Of a stretch of 64,000 nt of DNA, positions 1 through 12,282 are shown one piece after another. Each line of letters starts with the position of its first letter. Positions within the stretch are counted from its first letter, which is position 1. The stretch comes from Macrostomum lignano. Its lineage: Eukaryota. The stretch lies in assembly GCA_002269645.1 (NCBI GenBank), contig NIVC01003070.1, positions 1,903 through 65,902 of the forward strand, read 5' to 3'. The notes beneath the pieces are model-generated. The model saw only the letters and a list, made by a program, of their open reading frames with translations, made no database searches and had not been told where the DNA came from. Both the position numbers and the translations under genes were made by a program.

Positions 1-221
1 TTAATTCAATGGGTGATTCAGTAATCACCAGCAACCAGAACCTCGTCAAGGAGGAACGACAGCAAAAAGACGAACAAGATTCTGCTTCTGCAGTGCAGTC
101 CTTAGTTAGCGTTGGCAACAACAACAATAATAACAACAGCAGTAACAATAACAACAACAAGAAGACGGGAACAACAGACTTTAGTGTAGCCGCTCTGCTA
201 CCAAGGAATACGAAAGTGTAA
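1..221 (+). CDS. Possible terminal coding exon of an upstream gene (partial); poly-Asn tract and eh1-like FSVAALL motif
   Basis: Frame is open from the window start to TAA at 219-221. It has an (AAC)n poly-N tract and FSVAALL at 180-200. AATAAA lies at about 505 in the AT-rich downstream region. No 5' context is visible. Confidence 0.35.
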   Translation, partial: NSMGDSVITSNQNLVKEERQQKDEQDSASAVQSLVSVGNNNNNNNSSNNNNNKKTGTTDFSVAALLPRNTKV

Positions 222-1580
222 GTTTTTTTAATTCTATTATGTTATGATTTGAAATTGAATCTTTTGAATTGAATTGGGCGATCTTCGAAATTAGAAGCTC
301 GAACCTTGAATTGTAATGTTTTATCTTACGCCAGTACAGTCTATATAAGATTAAGATTATGTTCGACAATCACGAGTAATGCTTAAAATTACGGCTCGTA
401 GCAAGTTATAGCCAATAGAAATCTAAATTCTAAGATGGAAAAAAACATTTCAATTTCAAGAAATATGTATTGTACAAATGCACTGTGCAGTAAATAGTAT
501 TAGTAATAAAAAAGAATCTTAACGAAAGCTTTACAAAAAATTGGCTTCTTTTCAACCGCCTTCTTTTCAATTGTTCTCATCGCTTCACTGCTCCGATAGT
601 GGGCCCTCGCAACAGTTGCAACTGTTCCAAGTTGGAATGCGCGTAGATCTATCTATACTCTAGGACTAGAGAAATGGACAGTATAAATCTCTTTTAGCGA
701 TGTCATTGTTGCCTTCTGTTCTATTCCAAAAACTAGAAGCAATTGTTGCTTGCTTTCATATGCTTTCATTTCATACATAGCCTTCGGCTTTCGGCGTTGC
801 CTTTTCAGTCTTCTTTTGAATTCTTTTGCCCAACCCTCCCTATTCTATACTCTCTCCTCGCCGCTCTTGCAGCAAAAGCATTTTACTTCTTCTTTTTGGT
901 CACTAAATGGCGGGGGCATAGTGGTCCTCGACTCTCAACTTGATGCTGAAAATTTAAGTTATATTTTATATAAAATAGCCCCCCATGCACCGTCGCTTCG
1001 GCGCCACTTTTTCATCTTTCATTTCATTCTCAGTTTGTTGTTCTCAAATCTCTTCCAAATCTTCTTCGCCCCCAGGGTCTCGAAGAATCCTTAGAAAAGT
1101 TATAACAGCCTCCCCAGCCTTTAGTATGTGTTTTGCTGCACCTGCAGTTCGCGGCTATTATATAGAAGTTTTTGCGTTTGTGTCTTCTTTCGTTTCGTTT
1201 TATCTCATTTCTTTCTCTTTGAGATGGGAGCGCGTATAGCTTTCTTTTCTTCGGTCCTCTTGTATTGTGCAATTGTGGCTTGTCCGCTGTTATTGCTTTG
1301 CTTTTTCTTCTGCTGCTGGTTAAATGGTTGGCTAATGGCTTCTATACCTTTTCCCGTATACCATTTTTGTGGAATTCTTTGGGTTGACATAATAAGCCAT
1401 TTTCAGTGCCATAGGCATAGGAGCACACAAAGATGAAGGTGCTTTGCCAGAAGCGCGCAAGGAAATCGGGCATGGTGTGTCGCCACAAGGTATAGGGGGA
1501 CATGCCAACGCTTTATGCCCCCCCCCCCCCCCCCCGACGCACCTTGTGATCCGTTATGTAAATTAATAATTTTGCTTTAG

Positions 1581-1882
1581 GGCGCCAAAATATAGTGCAT
1601 GCGGCGTCAAAGAGTGCCTGCGGCGCCAAATTGAGTGCCTGCGGCGCCAAAATGAGTGGCTGCCTGCGGCGCCAAAATGAGTGCCGGCGGCGCCAAAGTG
1701 AGTGCCTGCGGCGCCAAAATGAGTGCCTGCCTGCGGCGTTAAATTGAGTGCCTGCTTGCCTGCGGCGCCAAAATCAGTGCCTGCGGCGCCAAAATGAGTG
1801 CCTGCCTGCGGCGCCAAAATGAGTGCCTGCCTGCCTGCGGCGCCAAAATGAGTGGCTGCCTGCGGCGCCTAACTGAGTGCCT
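1581..1882 (+). repeat. 21-bp minisatellite (AAAATGAGTGCCTGCGGCGCC)n
   Basis: About 13 tandem units, some with GCCT expansions. Same family as 23818-24515 in the opposite orientation. Confidence 0.9.
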
Positions 1883-2524
1883 TTGAACTGGATTGAACAA
1901 TACATATACAATAGTCAAGGTGTGGGTGTTAGTTCAGTACAACTCAATGAATGCAAAATAAAATTCTAACTAGAAACTTATTCCTAGTGTCTTGTATCTG
2001 CTCTGATGTCTTATAGTTTGCTAGTCCGGTATGGTTCTTGCGCTCTTGTGGGTGGCAACGTCCTCGGCGAACTTATGTCCAGAATATATGGCGCGCTTAT
2101 TGCAATTCAAATAGACATGCGCGCCTATTATGCCTATGTATTTTCCAGCATCAGCGGGGTCCCCTCAATAAAAATAAGAAGTACTCACAGTACTTCTGAG
2201 CACTTCTGGTTCTGAGCACATACACAGGATGTACAGCGCCCTGACTTTATAATCATTAAGCATGTATTGTAGACTCTGAGTCTCTGCCTTGGGGGCTGCT
2301 CTGCCTCTTTTAAAATTCCCTAGCCGAGTGGGAAAGTTAAGCAGAGATGGCCGCGGTTAGTCTGCAGATGAATAGGCTGCTCCTTTACATTAGCCATAAC
2401 CCCCCAGATAGGGTTGCGCCCTGCACTGTGCAAGTACATGTACAAGCTGTCTGTACACAGGCCTATTTTTTTATACTCGTCCTTAAACAGCTGCCAGTCA
2501 ACCGGTAAGCACAGCGCTGCAACC

Positions 2525-2714
2525 ATGGAGATCTCAGAATCCAGTTTAGCCTGCGGCTCAGGTGAACTACAGCCGGCTGAATTTCAGTTCAATCAATGCC
2601 ACCTAGCTGGCTCCAGCGAATTGATGGCTCGGCATCGCGAGAACAACCATCGATCAGGGTCGGATCAGGGAGATCTGGGCGACGCCGAGCTAGGCAGAGG
2701 AGACGGCACATCCG
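2525..2714 (+). CDS. ZnF gene exon 1 (MEISESS...GDGTS), phase-1 donor
   Basis: Strong start context ACCATGG. Donor CCG|GTGAGT; G joins AA of exon 2 to give Glu. An upstream acceptor TTAAACAG ends at 2490. Confidence 0.7.
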
Positions 2715-5700
2715 GTGAGTTAATCCCGAGTTTATTATGCTAATAGACTCGTCTGCGAGTGAGTCATGATTGACAACCCGGATTAAACACGCCTAGATAA
2801 TTAGCAACACCCATTAACCCCAGGACGATTGACAACCCCGATGGCCCGATAGACACCTAATAATTGGCATCCCCGATAAACACACCTGAATGATTGACCA
2901 CTCCGATAAACACACGTGGGTAATTTACAGCCCTGATAAATACACCTGGATAATTGACAGCCCCGATAAATACACCTTTGGATGATTCGCATCTCCGATA
3001 AACACACCTGAATGATTGACAGCCCTGATAAACACACCTGGATGATTGACCACCCCTATAAACACACCTGGATAATAGACAGCCCCGATAAACACCTGAA
3101 TGATTGACCACCCCGATAAACACACCTGATAATTGACCACCCGATAAACACACCTGATAATTGACCACCCCGATAAACACACCTGATGGTTGACAGCCCC
3201 GATAAACACACCTGATGACTGACCACCCCGATAAACACACCTGATGGTTGACAGCCCCGATAACACACCTGATGATTGACCACCCCGATAAACACACCTG
3301 ATGGTTGACAGCCCCGATAAACACACCTGATGATTGACCACCCCGATAAACACACCTGATGGTTGACAGCCCCGATAAACACACCTGATAATTGACCACC
3401 CCGATAAACACACCTGATAATTGACCACCCCGATAAACACACCTGATGGTTGACAGCCCCGATAAACACACCTGATGACTGACCACCCCGATAAACACAC
3501 CTGATGGTTGACAGCCCCGATAAACACACCTGATGACTGACCACCCCGATAAACACACCTGATGGTTGACAGCCCCGATAAACACACCTGATGATTGACC
3601 ACCCCGATAAACACACTTGAATGAATGACTACCCCGATAAACACACCTGATGATTGACAGCCCCGATAAACACACCTGATGACTGACCACCCCGATAAAC
3701 ACACCTGATGGTTGACAGCCCCGATAAACACACCTGATGATTGACCACCCCGATAAACACACCTGATGATTGACAGCCCCGATAAACACACCTGATGGTT
3801 GACAGCCCCGATAAACACACCTGATGATTGACCACCCCGATAAACACACCTGATGATTGACCACCCGATAAACACACCTGATGGTTGACAGCCCCGATAA
3901 ACACACCTGATGGTTGACAGCCCCGATAAACACACCTGATGATTGACCACCCCGATAAACACACTTAAATGAATGACTACCCCAATTAACACACCTGAAT
4001 GATTGACCACCCCGAAAAACACGTGCCTGGATGATTGACCACCCCGATAAACACACCTTGATGATTGATTGACCACCCCGATAAACCCACTTGGATGGTT
4101 GACAGTTCCGATAAACACACCTAGATAATTGACAGTCCCGATAAACACACCTGGAGGATTTGACAGTCCCGATAAACACACCTGGATAATCGACAGTCCC
4201 GATAAACACCTGGATGATTTGACGGCCCCGATAAACACACTTAGATAATTGAAGGCTCATACAGCTTTAGGTGATTGACATCTCCAATGAACACGCACCT
4301 GTGATTGACAGCCCCCGGAAACTGCCCACCCCGCAGAAGACGACACATCTTTAGACAACGGTTTCTACCTGGGCGAAGAGGCAGTCGCGGCGGCGTCGGC
4401 CGCAGCAGCAACAGCCGCAGCTTCGGGCACGTCTTCAGCCTCGGCTGGGGTAGCGTACGTCTGCCCGCATTGCGGACTCGCCGCCGGCAGCCTCTCCCTG
4501 CTGGAGTCGCACATCCTGACGCATGGCGGCGCCGCTGCCGCTGCTGCTGCTTCAGCAGAAGAAGACAGCCGCCTCTCAATCGACTGCAGCAGCAGCGTCG
4601 GTGGCGGCGGGGGCGGCGTTGGCGGCAGCGGCAGCAGCCAGCCGTCGTCCAGCCGAAAATACCGGTGCTCGCAGTGCAGCGCCACCTTCAACTGGCACGG
4701 CGATCTCAGCCAGCACCTGCAGGCAAGCCACGGCATCGATCGAGGCAGCAAGAAGCCGGACAGCCACGGCCTGTACCGCTGCAGTCACTGCTCCTATCAG
4801 GCCAAGTACCAGTCCGAGCTGAGCAGGCACAACCGCCTACACCTGGGCGTGAAGCCGTTCGCCTGCCATTTCTGCGCCTACAACTCCGCTTGGAAAGGCG
4901 ACTTAAAGCGACACCTGGAGGCGCATCATCGGCGCGAGATTGCGGACGATAAAACTCTGAGCGAAATCATGGCTAATTATAAGAATAACGCCGGCACTAG
5001 GGCGGCCAGGTCCACGGCCAGTCAGGAGGAGCTGGCCTCGCGGTCGCTGAACGACATCGACGAGTCTTCTTCGTCGCTTCTGGCTGGTCAGAACTCGCCC
5101 GCGGTGCCGCAGCCGCTTCAACAGCAGCAGCCGGAGACTCCAATATTTCCCTGCAGTGTCTGCAGCTTCGTCTGCCAGTCAGTTGCGGATCTGCGCTCTC
5201 ACCTGGCTACTCATAACGGCTCCAGGCCGTACAGGTGCAGCGCCTGCGGCAAGCGGTTTCACCTATCCTGGGAGTCTGAGAAGCACATCAGGCGGGAGCA
5301 CTGCGACTCAGTTAGGGCTTATACGGCTGTTGCCGAGACTGGCGCCAGGGCTCAGGTGGCGCCCGAGTCCGCGCTGCTGCCCGCGCTCTGCGGTCTCTGT
5401 GGGTGGCGCGGCGGCGGCGACTGGGAGATGGCGAGGTGAGGAGGCATCTGAATTTATGATACTAAATCCCCATTTTGATCCCCGAAATCCTCATTCTGAT
5501 CCCTAAATCCCATTCTGATCCCTAAATCCCATTCTGATCCCTAAATCCCATTCTGATCCTTGAAATTCACATTCTGATCCCTAAATGCCATTCTGACTCC
5601 TTAATGCCATTCTGATTCCTTAATGCCATTCTGATTCCTTAATGCCATTCTGATTCCTTAATGCCATTCTGATTCCTTAAGCCCCACCCTGATTCCTTAA

Positions 5701-8700
5701 GCCCCATTGTGATCCCCTAAAACCCATTCTGATCCCTAAATCCCGATTCTAATTCCGGACTCCTCATTCTTTCTGATCCTCCATTGTGTCCTCGAATTCT
5801 TCGTTATGATCCCAAGTACCTCATTCTGACCTCAAATCCCAGTTCTGTATGCAATTCTGCAGAGCCCCCTATTAGAGTTCTCTCCATAAGAACAAATCCC
5901 TATTGTTAACCTGAACCTGCACTCGCAGACACCTGTCAGGCGCTCATCCCGCCGAGGCGGCCGCAGCCTCAATTTTGCACCTGGACGAGGCCGAAGCTCG
6001 CAACTCCCTCGGCTGGTACCAGCAGGGTGCCGTGCGCCTGATGCTACTGCACCAGCACCAGCGGCAGCAACTGCAGCAGCAGCAGCAGCAACCTCAGGTG
6101 TCGTCCGAGCAGAAGCAGCAGCCCACAAATTCCTCATCCCAGCCAAGCTCCGGCAGTTTGCCGGCCGTTAAAGCCACCAGCTGCAGCGGCAAAGGTGTGC
6201 AGGGCAGCCGGCCGTTTCGTTGCTCCGTCTGCGGCCATCGATCCAATTGGAAATGGGACATTAATAAGCATATTAAGGTGAGTCAGCGATGATTGTATCA
6301 GCCTACCTGATAATCACCTTACCTGATAATCAGTAATCACCTTACCTGATACTCACCCTACCCGATAATAATCCTACCTGATAATCATCCTACCTGATTA
6401 TCATCCTATCTGATAATCATCGTACCTGATAATCATCCTACCCGATAATCACCCTACCTGATAATCACCCTACCTGATAATCACCCTACCTGATAATCAC
6501 GCTACCCAATAATCATCCTACCTGATAATCAACCTACCTGATAATCAACCTACCTGATAATCGCCCTACCTGATTATCATCCTACCCGATAATCATCCTA
6601 CCCGATAATCATCCTACCCGATAATCATCCTACTTAACAATCATCCCACCTGATAATCATCCCACCTGACAATCATCCTACCTGTTAATAAACCTACCTG
6701 ATAATCACCTTACCTGCAGTAACCACCTGTTAAACTGATAAACCTCAATCCCACCAAGGTGGCGCACCCGGAACGCGGCGATGCGTGCACGGAGACGATG
6801 AGCAGCGCCGAGGCGGAGGCCACCATTGAGTCGTACATGCGCGACGTCAAAGGCAAAGTGAAAGACGAACTGGCCGAAGCTGGCGACGGCTACAACCGGC
6901 CGTTCCGCTGCTCGGCCTGCGGTCACCGGTCCAATTGGAAGTGGGACGTGCGCAAGCATATTCGACAGGCCCATAGCAACCAGCCAGACGCATTTGTTGA
7001 GACCCTTAGCAACGAGGACGCTAAGCGGACTTTAGACGAGTACATGACTTCGAGGAAGTGCAACGCCTCTGTTGCCAACTCTGGGGCTGTCTGTGGTGTC
7101 GCGGCCTCCGCTGCTACCGCTACCGACGCCACGGATGCGGATATGGACGATGCTAGCAGGTGTGTGGTGATGCTCAGGGGCCTTCTAGGAGTCTAAAGCC
7201 GAAATTGAGAGCTGGAGAGTTGAGAGTTGTTTGTTACCGGGGTCTGGGATTTTCCCATTGACAACGTTACCGTGACAATAATCGCTAAAGAGCCATTGCA
7301 AACAAGTCACTAGCACTTGACTCTAGCGATTCTGGGGCGACTCTTGTGACTTTTTAATGACTCAAACGGCTCAAACTCAAATTACTCAAACGGGGAGACG
7401 ATTGTAAGTGACCTACTTAAGCTACAGTGACAGCGACTCTATCACGCCTCAGATACGACTGTACGGCCCCAGAGTCACTTGCGTAGTTTCAGAGTCGCAG
7501 ATGCCTCAAAACGCCTCAAATTGATCCTTGGGCGACTATTTTAGACCGACTTTTTGGCGATTTTGTACCGTGACGTATTGTCGGTTTAGCGTCGTTTGGA
7601 GTCGATTCTTTTCTATTTTACCTGCGTTACCTGTAACAACTCTGGGTCGACGGAAGTGCTTCTGGGACGCTTCTTGGCTTTTGATCCGTATTGATCTGTG
7701 AATTTAGGGATTCAAGGTTGCGGATTTTTAGGGATCTAAATTGGGTCGAGAAATCTGGATTCCTATTCTTTACTTTGAGATCGGCATTTGGGAACTGGGA
7801 TCATCGTCCGAGATCTTTGATTGCTACTGCAAATCGTTGCTTTTTCTGCACCGCCTCCGCAGGTCCGCAGTGAGCAGCGAGATGACTCAAACGCCGCCCC
7901 TCCTGGCAACCGCAGCCTCCTCGTCATCAGCAGCCGCTGCCGCCTCGGGCTTCTTTGGCAGTCCCCGAGTTGACCAGCTCAGGCTGAAGCGGTTCATGTG
8001 CTCGGGCTGCGGCTACCGCTCCAATTACAGGTCCGACATTGTCCGCCACAACAAGCGGAAGCACGATCGTGGCGCCGCGGTTCGAATCCTGAGCATTGAT
8101 GAGGCGCGCGACAGCTTAGAGAAATACGGACACAGCTTCCCGGCTAAGCCCATGGCTTCTAACGGCACGGAGCTTCTGGACCCGCCGGAGACCATCGAGA
8201 CATTTGAGAACAACTCGGGCGAGACCCCGATGGAGCAGGAGGCTGAGGCGGAGGTTGAAGACCCCGAGGATCTCACCACCACTCAGCAGCAGCAAAAGCA
8301 GCAGCAGGATGCAGCGCCAAAGAGTTTCTTTCCGCCGCTGCCGCCGTCAGCCGCTTTCCATTATCAGTCGGAGCTTTTTCGGCGTCAGCTGCAGCAGCAG
8401 CAGCAGCGGCATCAGCAGTCTCTTCTGCAGTCTGAGGAGCCCGCAGCTTCCAACTCGCTGATGGAGCACCTCGCCAGAGCCGCCGCCTACCTGCCTCAGC
8501 AGCCGCCACCGCCGCTGCCGCCGCCGCCTCCGTTTTTAGCCGCCCCGGGCTATTTTGTCGGCCGCCTCGGCCTGCCAGGACATCCGCTTCATCATCATCC
8601 TACCTCTGTGCTGCATCCCCAGCATCCGCAACCGCCGCCGCCTCCGCCGCCCCCGCCGCCAAATCTGCTGTTTATGCAAGACTTTGCCGCTCACGCCGCC

Positions 8701-9789
8701 GCGGCCGCCGCCGCCTCGGCCACCGCCGCCGCCGCCGCCGCTGCTAACGACTCCGCTTCGACCATGTCGGCTACGTCAACAACGACAACAGCAGCAACTA
8801 AGAGCATCGTTGGAGCTTCTTCAAAGCGAGCCGCTTCGGAATCTTTGAAAACGGAGTTGATGAAGGAGAAGCAGCTGCCAGCTAGCGAGGAGTTCCACTC
8901 GTGCCAGCGCTGCCCCTGGCTGGGCTTGAGCCACCGGGACCTGATCGTGCACAAGCAGGGCCACCGGACCCGGGCAGCCACTGTCGGCAAATCGGCTAGC
9001 GAGACTGCTCAGCAGCGCTGCCCCCGCTGCGGCTTCGTTGCCTCCGGCCAGGCCGCCTCGCGAGCTCACGCGGCCGTTCACAAGCGACGCTATCGGGACC
9101 GACGAATTCAACGCCTACTGACGCGTCAGTCGGTTGCTAAGGACGCCGATCGGTTGCTAGGCAGCGTTAGGCAGCTTGTGCAGCTGCTGGAGAAATACCC
9201 GGCCGCCGAGTTTGGTGCCGTCACGGATTTGCACGGGTGAGGGGACTTTAGAGGCTTCGTCATGGGTTTATGATAGAGTTCGGGGACACTAGACGCAAAA
9301 CCTGGCTCTTAAATAACAGGTGTTAAAAGTACATTTGGGGCTTGTGCACAAAATGTGCTCAGCAGCTGCCAGCGGAATGAACATAAGCACATGTAATTGA
9401 GTATACTCGCTGGCAGCGGGTCGACTGTCGCCTTGAACTGCAACACACAGTGCTCAATGTGCACAGAGCTGTGCACAACTCCTGCCCAAACATTCTCACC
9501 CCTGCCCCAAACATACCCCACTCCCTGCCCCAAACATACCCCACTCCCTGCCCCAAACACCCACCCCACTCCCAGCTCTAATCCCCCTGCCCCAAACCTC
9601 ATAATATATTTGATTATGAAAATATGAATATTATAATTAGAGAATCTATTTTTAAAGCCGATTTGATTTGTTTTCATAACTTTATCCCGCAGAATGCGCC
9701 TGCCCCAGGATTTGGTCCGGCTCGTGTGCCGCAATCAATCGATGCGATCGGACCTGATGAAGCTGGCGCAGCTGGTGCTGCCGGTCTGA
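2525..9789 (+). CDS. Multi-C2H2 zinc-finger protein (12 fingers, about 1169 aa), six exons: 2525-2714, 4337-5435, 5929-6277, 6759-7159, 7863-9236, 9693-9789
   Basis: ACCATGG start and five GT-AG introns with matching phases (1,2,0,2,2). Fingers 7 and 8 are completed only after splicing (DWEMAR|HLSGAH; INKHIK|VAH). Total CDS is 3510 nt, divisible by 3, with TGA at 9787-9789 and AATAAA at 9939. Confidence 0.88.
2770..4315. repeat. 29-bp minisatellite (CCCCGATAAACACACCTGATG(A/G)TTGAC(CA/AG))n filling intron 1
   Basis: About 50 tandem units with two alternating variants and degenerate edges. Confidence 0.95.
4337..5435 (+). CDS. ZnF gene exon 2 (fingers 1-6 and first half of finger 7)
   Basis: Acceptor CCGCAG and an open frame with CPHC..HILTH, CSQC..HLQASH, CSHC..HNRLH-LGVKPF-CHFC..HLEAHH, CSVC..HLATH, CSAC..HIRREH. 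Donor GAG|GTGAGG. Confidence 0.9.
5465..5760. repeat. 19-bp minisatellite (CCCATTCTGATCCCTAAAT)n in intron 2
   Basis: About 14 tandem units. Confidence 0.9.
5929..6277 (+). CDS. ZnF gene exon 3 (poly-Q, finger 8 start)
   Basis: Acceptor CTCGCAG; RPFRCSVCGHRSNWKWDINKHIK; donor AAG|GTGAGT. Confidence 0.9.
6300..6720. repeat. 16-bp minisatellite (TACCTGATAATCACCC)n in intron 3
   Basis: About 25 tandem units. Confidence 0.9.
6759..7159 (+). CDS. ZnF gene exon 4 (finger 9)
   Basis: Acceptor CACCAAG; RPFRCSACGHRSNWKWDVRKHIRQAH; donor CAG|GTGTGT. Confidence 0.88.
7863..9236 (+). CDS. ZnF gene exon 5 (fingers 10-12, poly-Q/P/A)
   Basis: Acceptor CTCCGCAG after a pyrimidine tract; CSGC..HNKRKH, CQRC..HKQGH, CPRC..HAAVH; donor CGG|GTGAGG. 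Confidence 0.88.
9478..9600. repeat. About 22-bp C-rich minisatellite (CCACTCCCTGCCCCAAACA..) in intron 5
   Basis: About 5 units; same family as 10545-10900. Confidence 0.8.
9693..9789 (+). CDS. ZnF gene exon 6 (GMRLPQDLVRLVCRNQSMRSDLMKLAQLVLPV*)
   Basis: Acceptor TTTATCCCGCAG, phase 2 matching exon 5, and a GC-rich coding-like stretch to TGA. The alternative is termination at TGA 9238-9240 if the intron is retained. Confidence 0.7.
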
Positions 9790-10544
9790 GATGCAATGAG
9801 AACAATGGCCAGTTTTGTTAGTCAAGAGACCCTCTTAGATGTAGATGCAGATTCTGACCAACCTTTTTATACGATCTGGTTACCAGTAGTCTGTTAGTCA
9901 GGTGTGGTGACTAGTCAAATACAGTGAGGCGCTAAGTAAATAAAAAGTATATTAATCACTTTCAACGTTTTACTTTTTCTTTTGAGTTCCTTAATTAACT
10001 CTGTTGTCATAAATTTTTCTTTGAATATATATTCATTTTTCCTATGTAATTCAACGTAATATTGTTGTTTATTAATTATGAAAAAAGACTCTTCTGAGTA
10101 GAAATAAACAAACAAAACCAATTTGTGCCTCGACTGTACAAAACCTTAATCACCTGATTACTGAGCCAGATTACTAAACTAATCCGAATCTGTAAAGCAT
10201 CACCAAGCAGTCTAAGCAGTTTTCCTACTTCTTTTGTATAATACTATGAGTAGATAGTTTGCTAGTTACTGCCATTTTAGTACTCTGTTATTAACAAAAA
10301 CTTGTTATCTTTAAATAATATCTTTAAGAACCATTTTCTGTAATCCAGCTTATTTATAGTTTTTGTATTTTCTTTACTATGTGCTCAGAGAACCGCAGGT
10401 TAATAAAATTTCATCCTTTCACCTTGAAGTGTACTATTTACTCAATTATGTATGCCGATTTTCCAATCAATGTTTTAATTGCCTGCTAAATCACGCTCTG
10501 TTCTAATCATAATTATGTATTGCAACTCAAACTATTGTTTGCCA

Positions 10545-10900
10545 TCTGCCTCAACACCTCACTCCCTGCATGCCCCAAACCCCACCTCACTCCCTGCCCC
10601 AAACACCCACACAACTCCCTGTCCCTAACACCCACCCCACTCTCTGCCCTTAACACCCACCTCACTCTGCCTCAAACACCCGCACCACTCCCTGCCCCAA
10701 AAACCCACCTCACTCCCCGCCCCAAACCCCCACCTCACTCCCTGCATGCCCCAAAACCCCACCTCACTCCCTGCCCCAAACCCCCACCTCACTCCCTGCA
10801 TGCCCCAAACCCCACCTCACTCCCTGCCCCAAACACCCACACAACTCCCTGTCCCTAACACCCACCCAACTCCCTGCCCTTAACACCCACCTGACATCTG
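10545..10900. repeat. About 24-bp C-rich minisatellite (CACCTCACTCCCTGCCCCAAACCC)n
   Basis: About 14 degenerate units. Confidence 0.85.
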
Positions 10901-12282
10901 TCTCAACCAACTCACTCACTGCTTCGAACTGCCACCTTGCTCCCTTAAAATAAAATACTGATCTACTCTGATGCATCATGCATCCTTTCGTAGTTCTTAT
11001 TTAGAGGTTCGTTAATAACAAGTTTATAAAAATTTGCTTACTCTTTTCCTAGTTTTTGCCTTAATGATCACGCGAGTCTGTTAATTTTGTTATTATCTAT
11101 ATCCGCATGTACTAAATGTTTCATATTTGCTTCTAACGATACCGTTCTTTAAAAATACAGCAATTCTTTTGATTCTAGAAAAAATCGAGCAGTTTCTTAA
11201 AAAATTGCATTGCAAATATCAGTTATACCCTCTTGCTTTTTTCTTTATTTATTCTGATTTAGCGATATAGATTCGAGAGTTTGACCTTTAGATGTCGCCG
11301 AAAGCTTTCCCCATGATGCTCGTAAATTTTGGGTCATTAATCACCAGAGTCAAGGTATTTGGCGACCACCTGGCATTGTGGGTCTACAGGTGCCAGATCG
11401 ATGGTCTGAGCTGAGATAATCACGATGTTTTCACAGTTGTGACTTAAATTTGTTTAAATCCTATAATATTCCTGCTATTTTTCCCACTGCCTCTCCTCTT
11501 CAATCCCGAACTTCGACGTGAGTTTTAACTAATCGGCCCAGCCAATCAGAAACTTCACCCTGAGTTTTAACAAATCGGCTCGGCCAATCAGAATCGACGT
11601 ATTTCACTGTAACAAATCACGTGAAAGTTGATTCCTATTTAAAGTCTCCCCGTCGAGGGACATCAAGTTCGATGACAACTACTGGAACTTCATCGAGAGT
11701 CGGCTCAGGATACCTTATTAGCCATCGGCAGTCCGAACATCTGATTGGTTGGGTGAGAGGCTACAATTAAACTCGCTTAGCTGGGAGTGTTCCTTTAATT
11801 ATCTGGCCCTGTTTTCAGTTTGATTGAGTATTGCAATTTCTGGCTTTCTTTTCATGTGCTGAACTTGTCTAGACAAAATTCCGGACTTTAATACTAATAG
11901 TAGCATGTTCGCTCTAAAGGAGTTTGAAAATATCTGGTCGGATCGGATAATTTATTTTGTTTTCTTTCTTCGATTCGCAATGCCAGCTCAACTGAGCTGC
12001 TAAGCTGAAAGGCAATGCTTGCAGTGGACAAATCAATCATTTTGAACCAACCATGTACTTACTATACTAGTAAGAGTGCTGACTCAGGCACCAAAGCAGC
12101 TTATCTCATGTAAGAATTCACCAGCTGGGTCTCAGAGAGCCATAGGATTGCTCTGCATCAGCCCTATCTGAGAGTTTTTAGCCACATTTTCGGCCAGAAG
12201 CTTGCATATGGGAATTTGCTAATGTAATTACTGCATGGTGCTATAACCATGCCAGCCGAACAGAGTTCACTGCAAAACAACT

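Noticed and set aside
740-1440. Several overlapping 60-115 aa ORFs
   Set aside because: They are low-complexity and T-rich, with no recognisable motifs or splice-consistent structure.
2857-4260. Long minus-strand ORFs (467 and 437 aa)
   Set aside because: They are stop-free translations of the 29-bp intronic minisatellite, with no domain content.
2770-4315. CRISPR-like appearance of about 29-30-bp repeats (also 41050-41560)
   Set aside because: The repeats are contiguous with no unique spacers, there are no cas genes, and the context is eukaryotic.
7225-7640. Possible MITE in intron 4 (AGAGTTG..TTAC.GG inverted ends, GCGACT subrepeats)
   Set aside because: The TIR is imperfect and no TSD is identifiable, so it is too weak to annotate.
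7741-7862. N-terminal extension of the 499-aa ORF
   Set aside because: It lies in intron 4; the acceptor at 7862 gives the correct phase with exon 4.
11510-11600. Duplicated CCAAT-box segment
   Set aside because: No associated transcription start, gene or element boundary could be supported.
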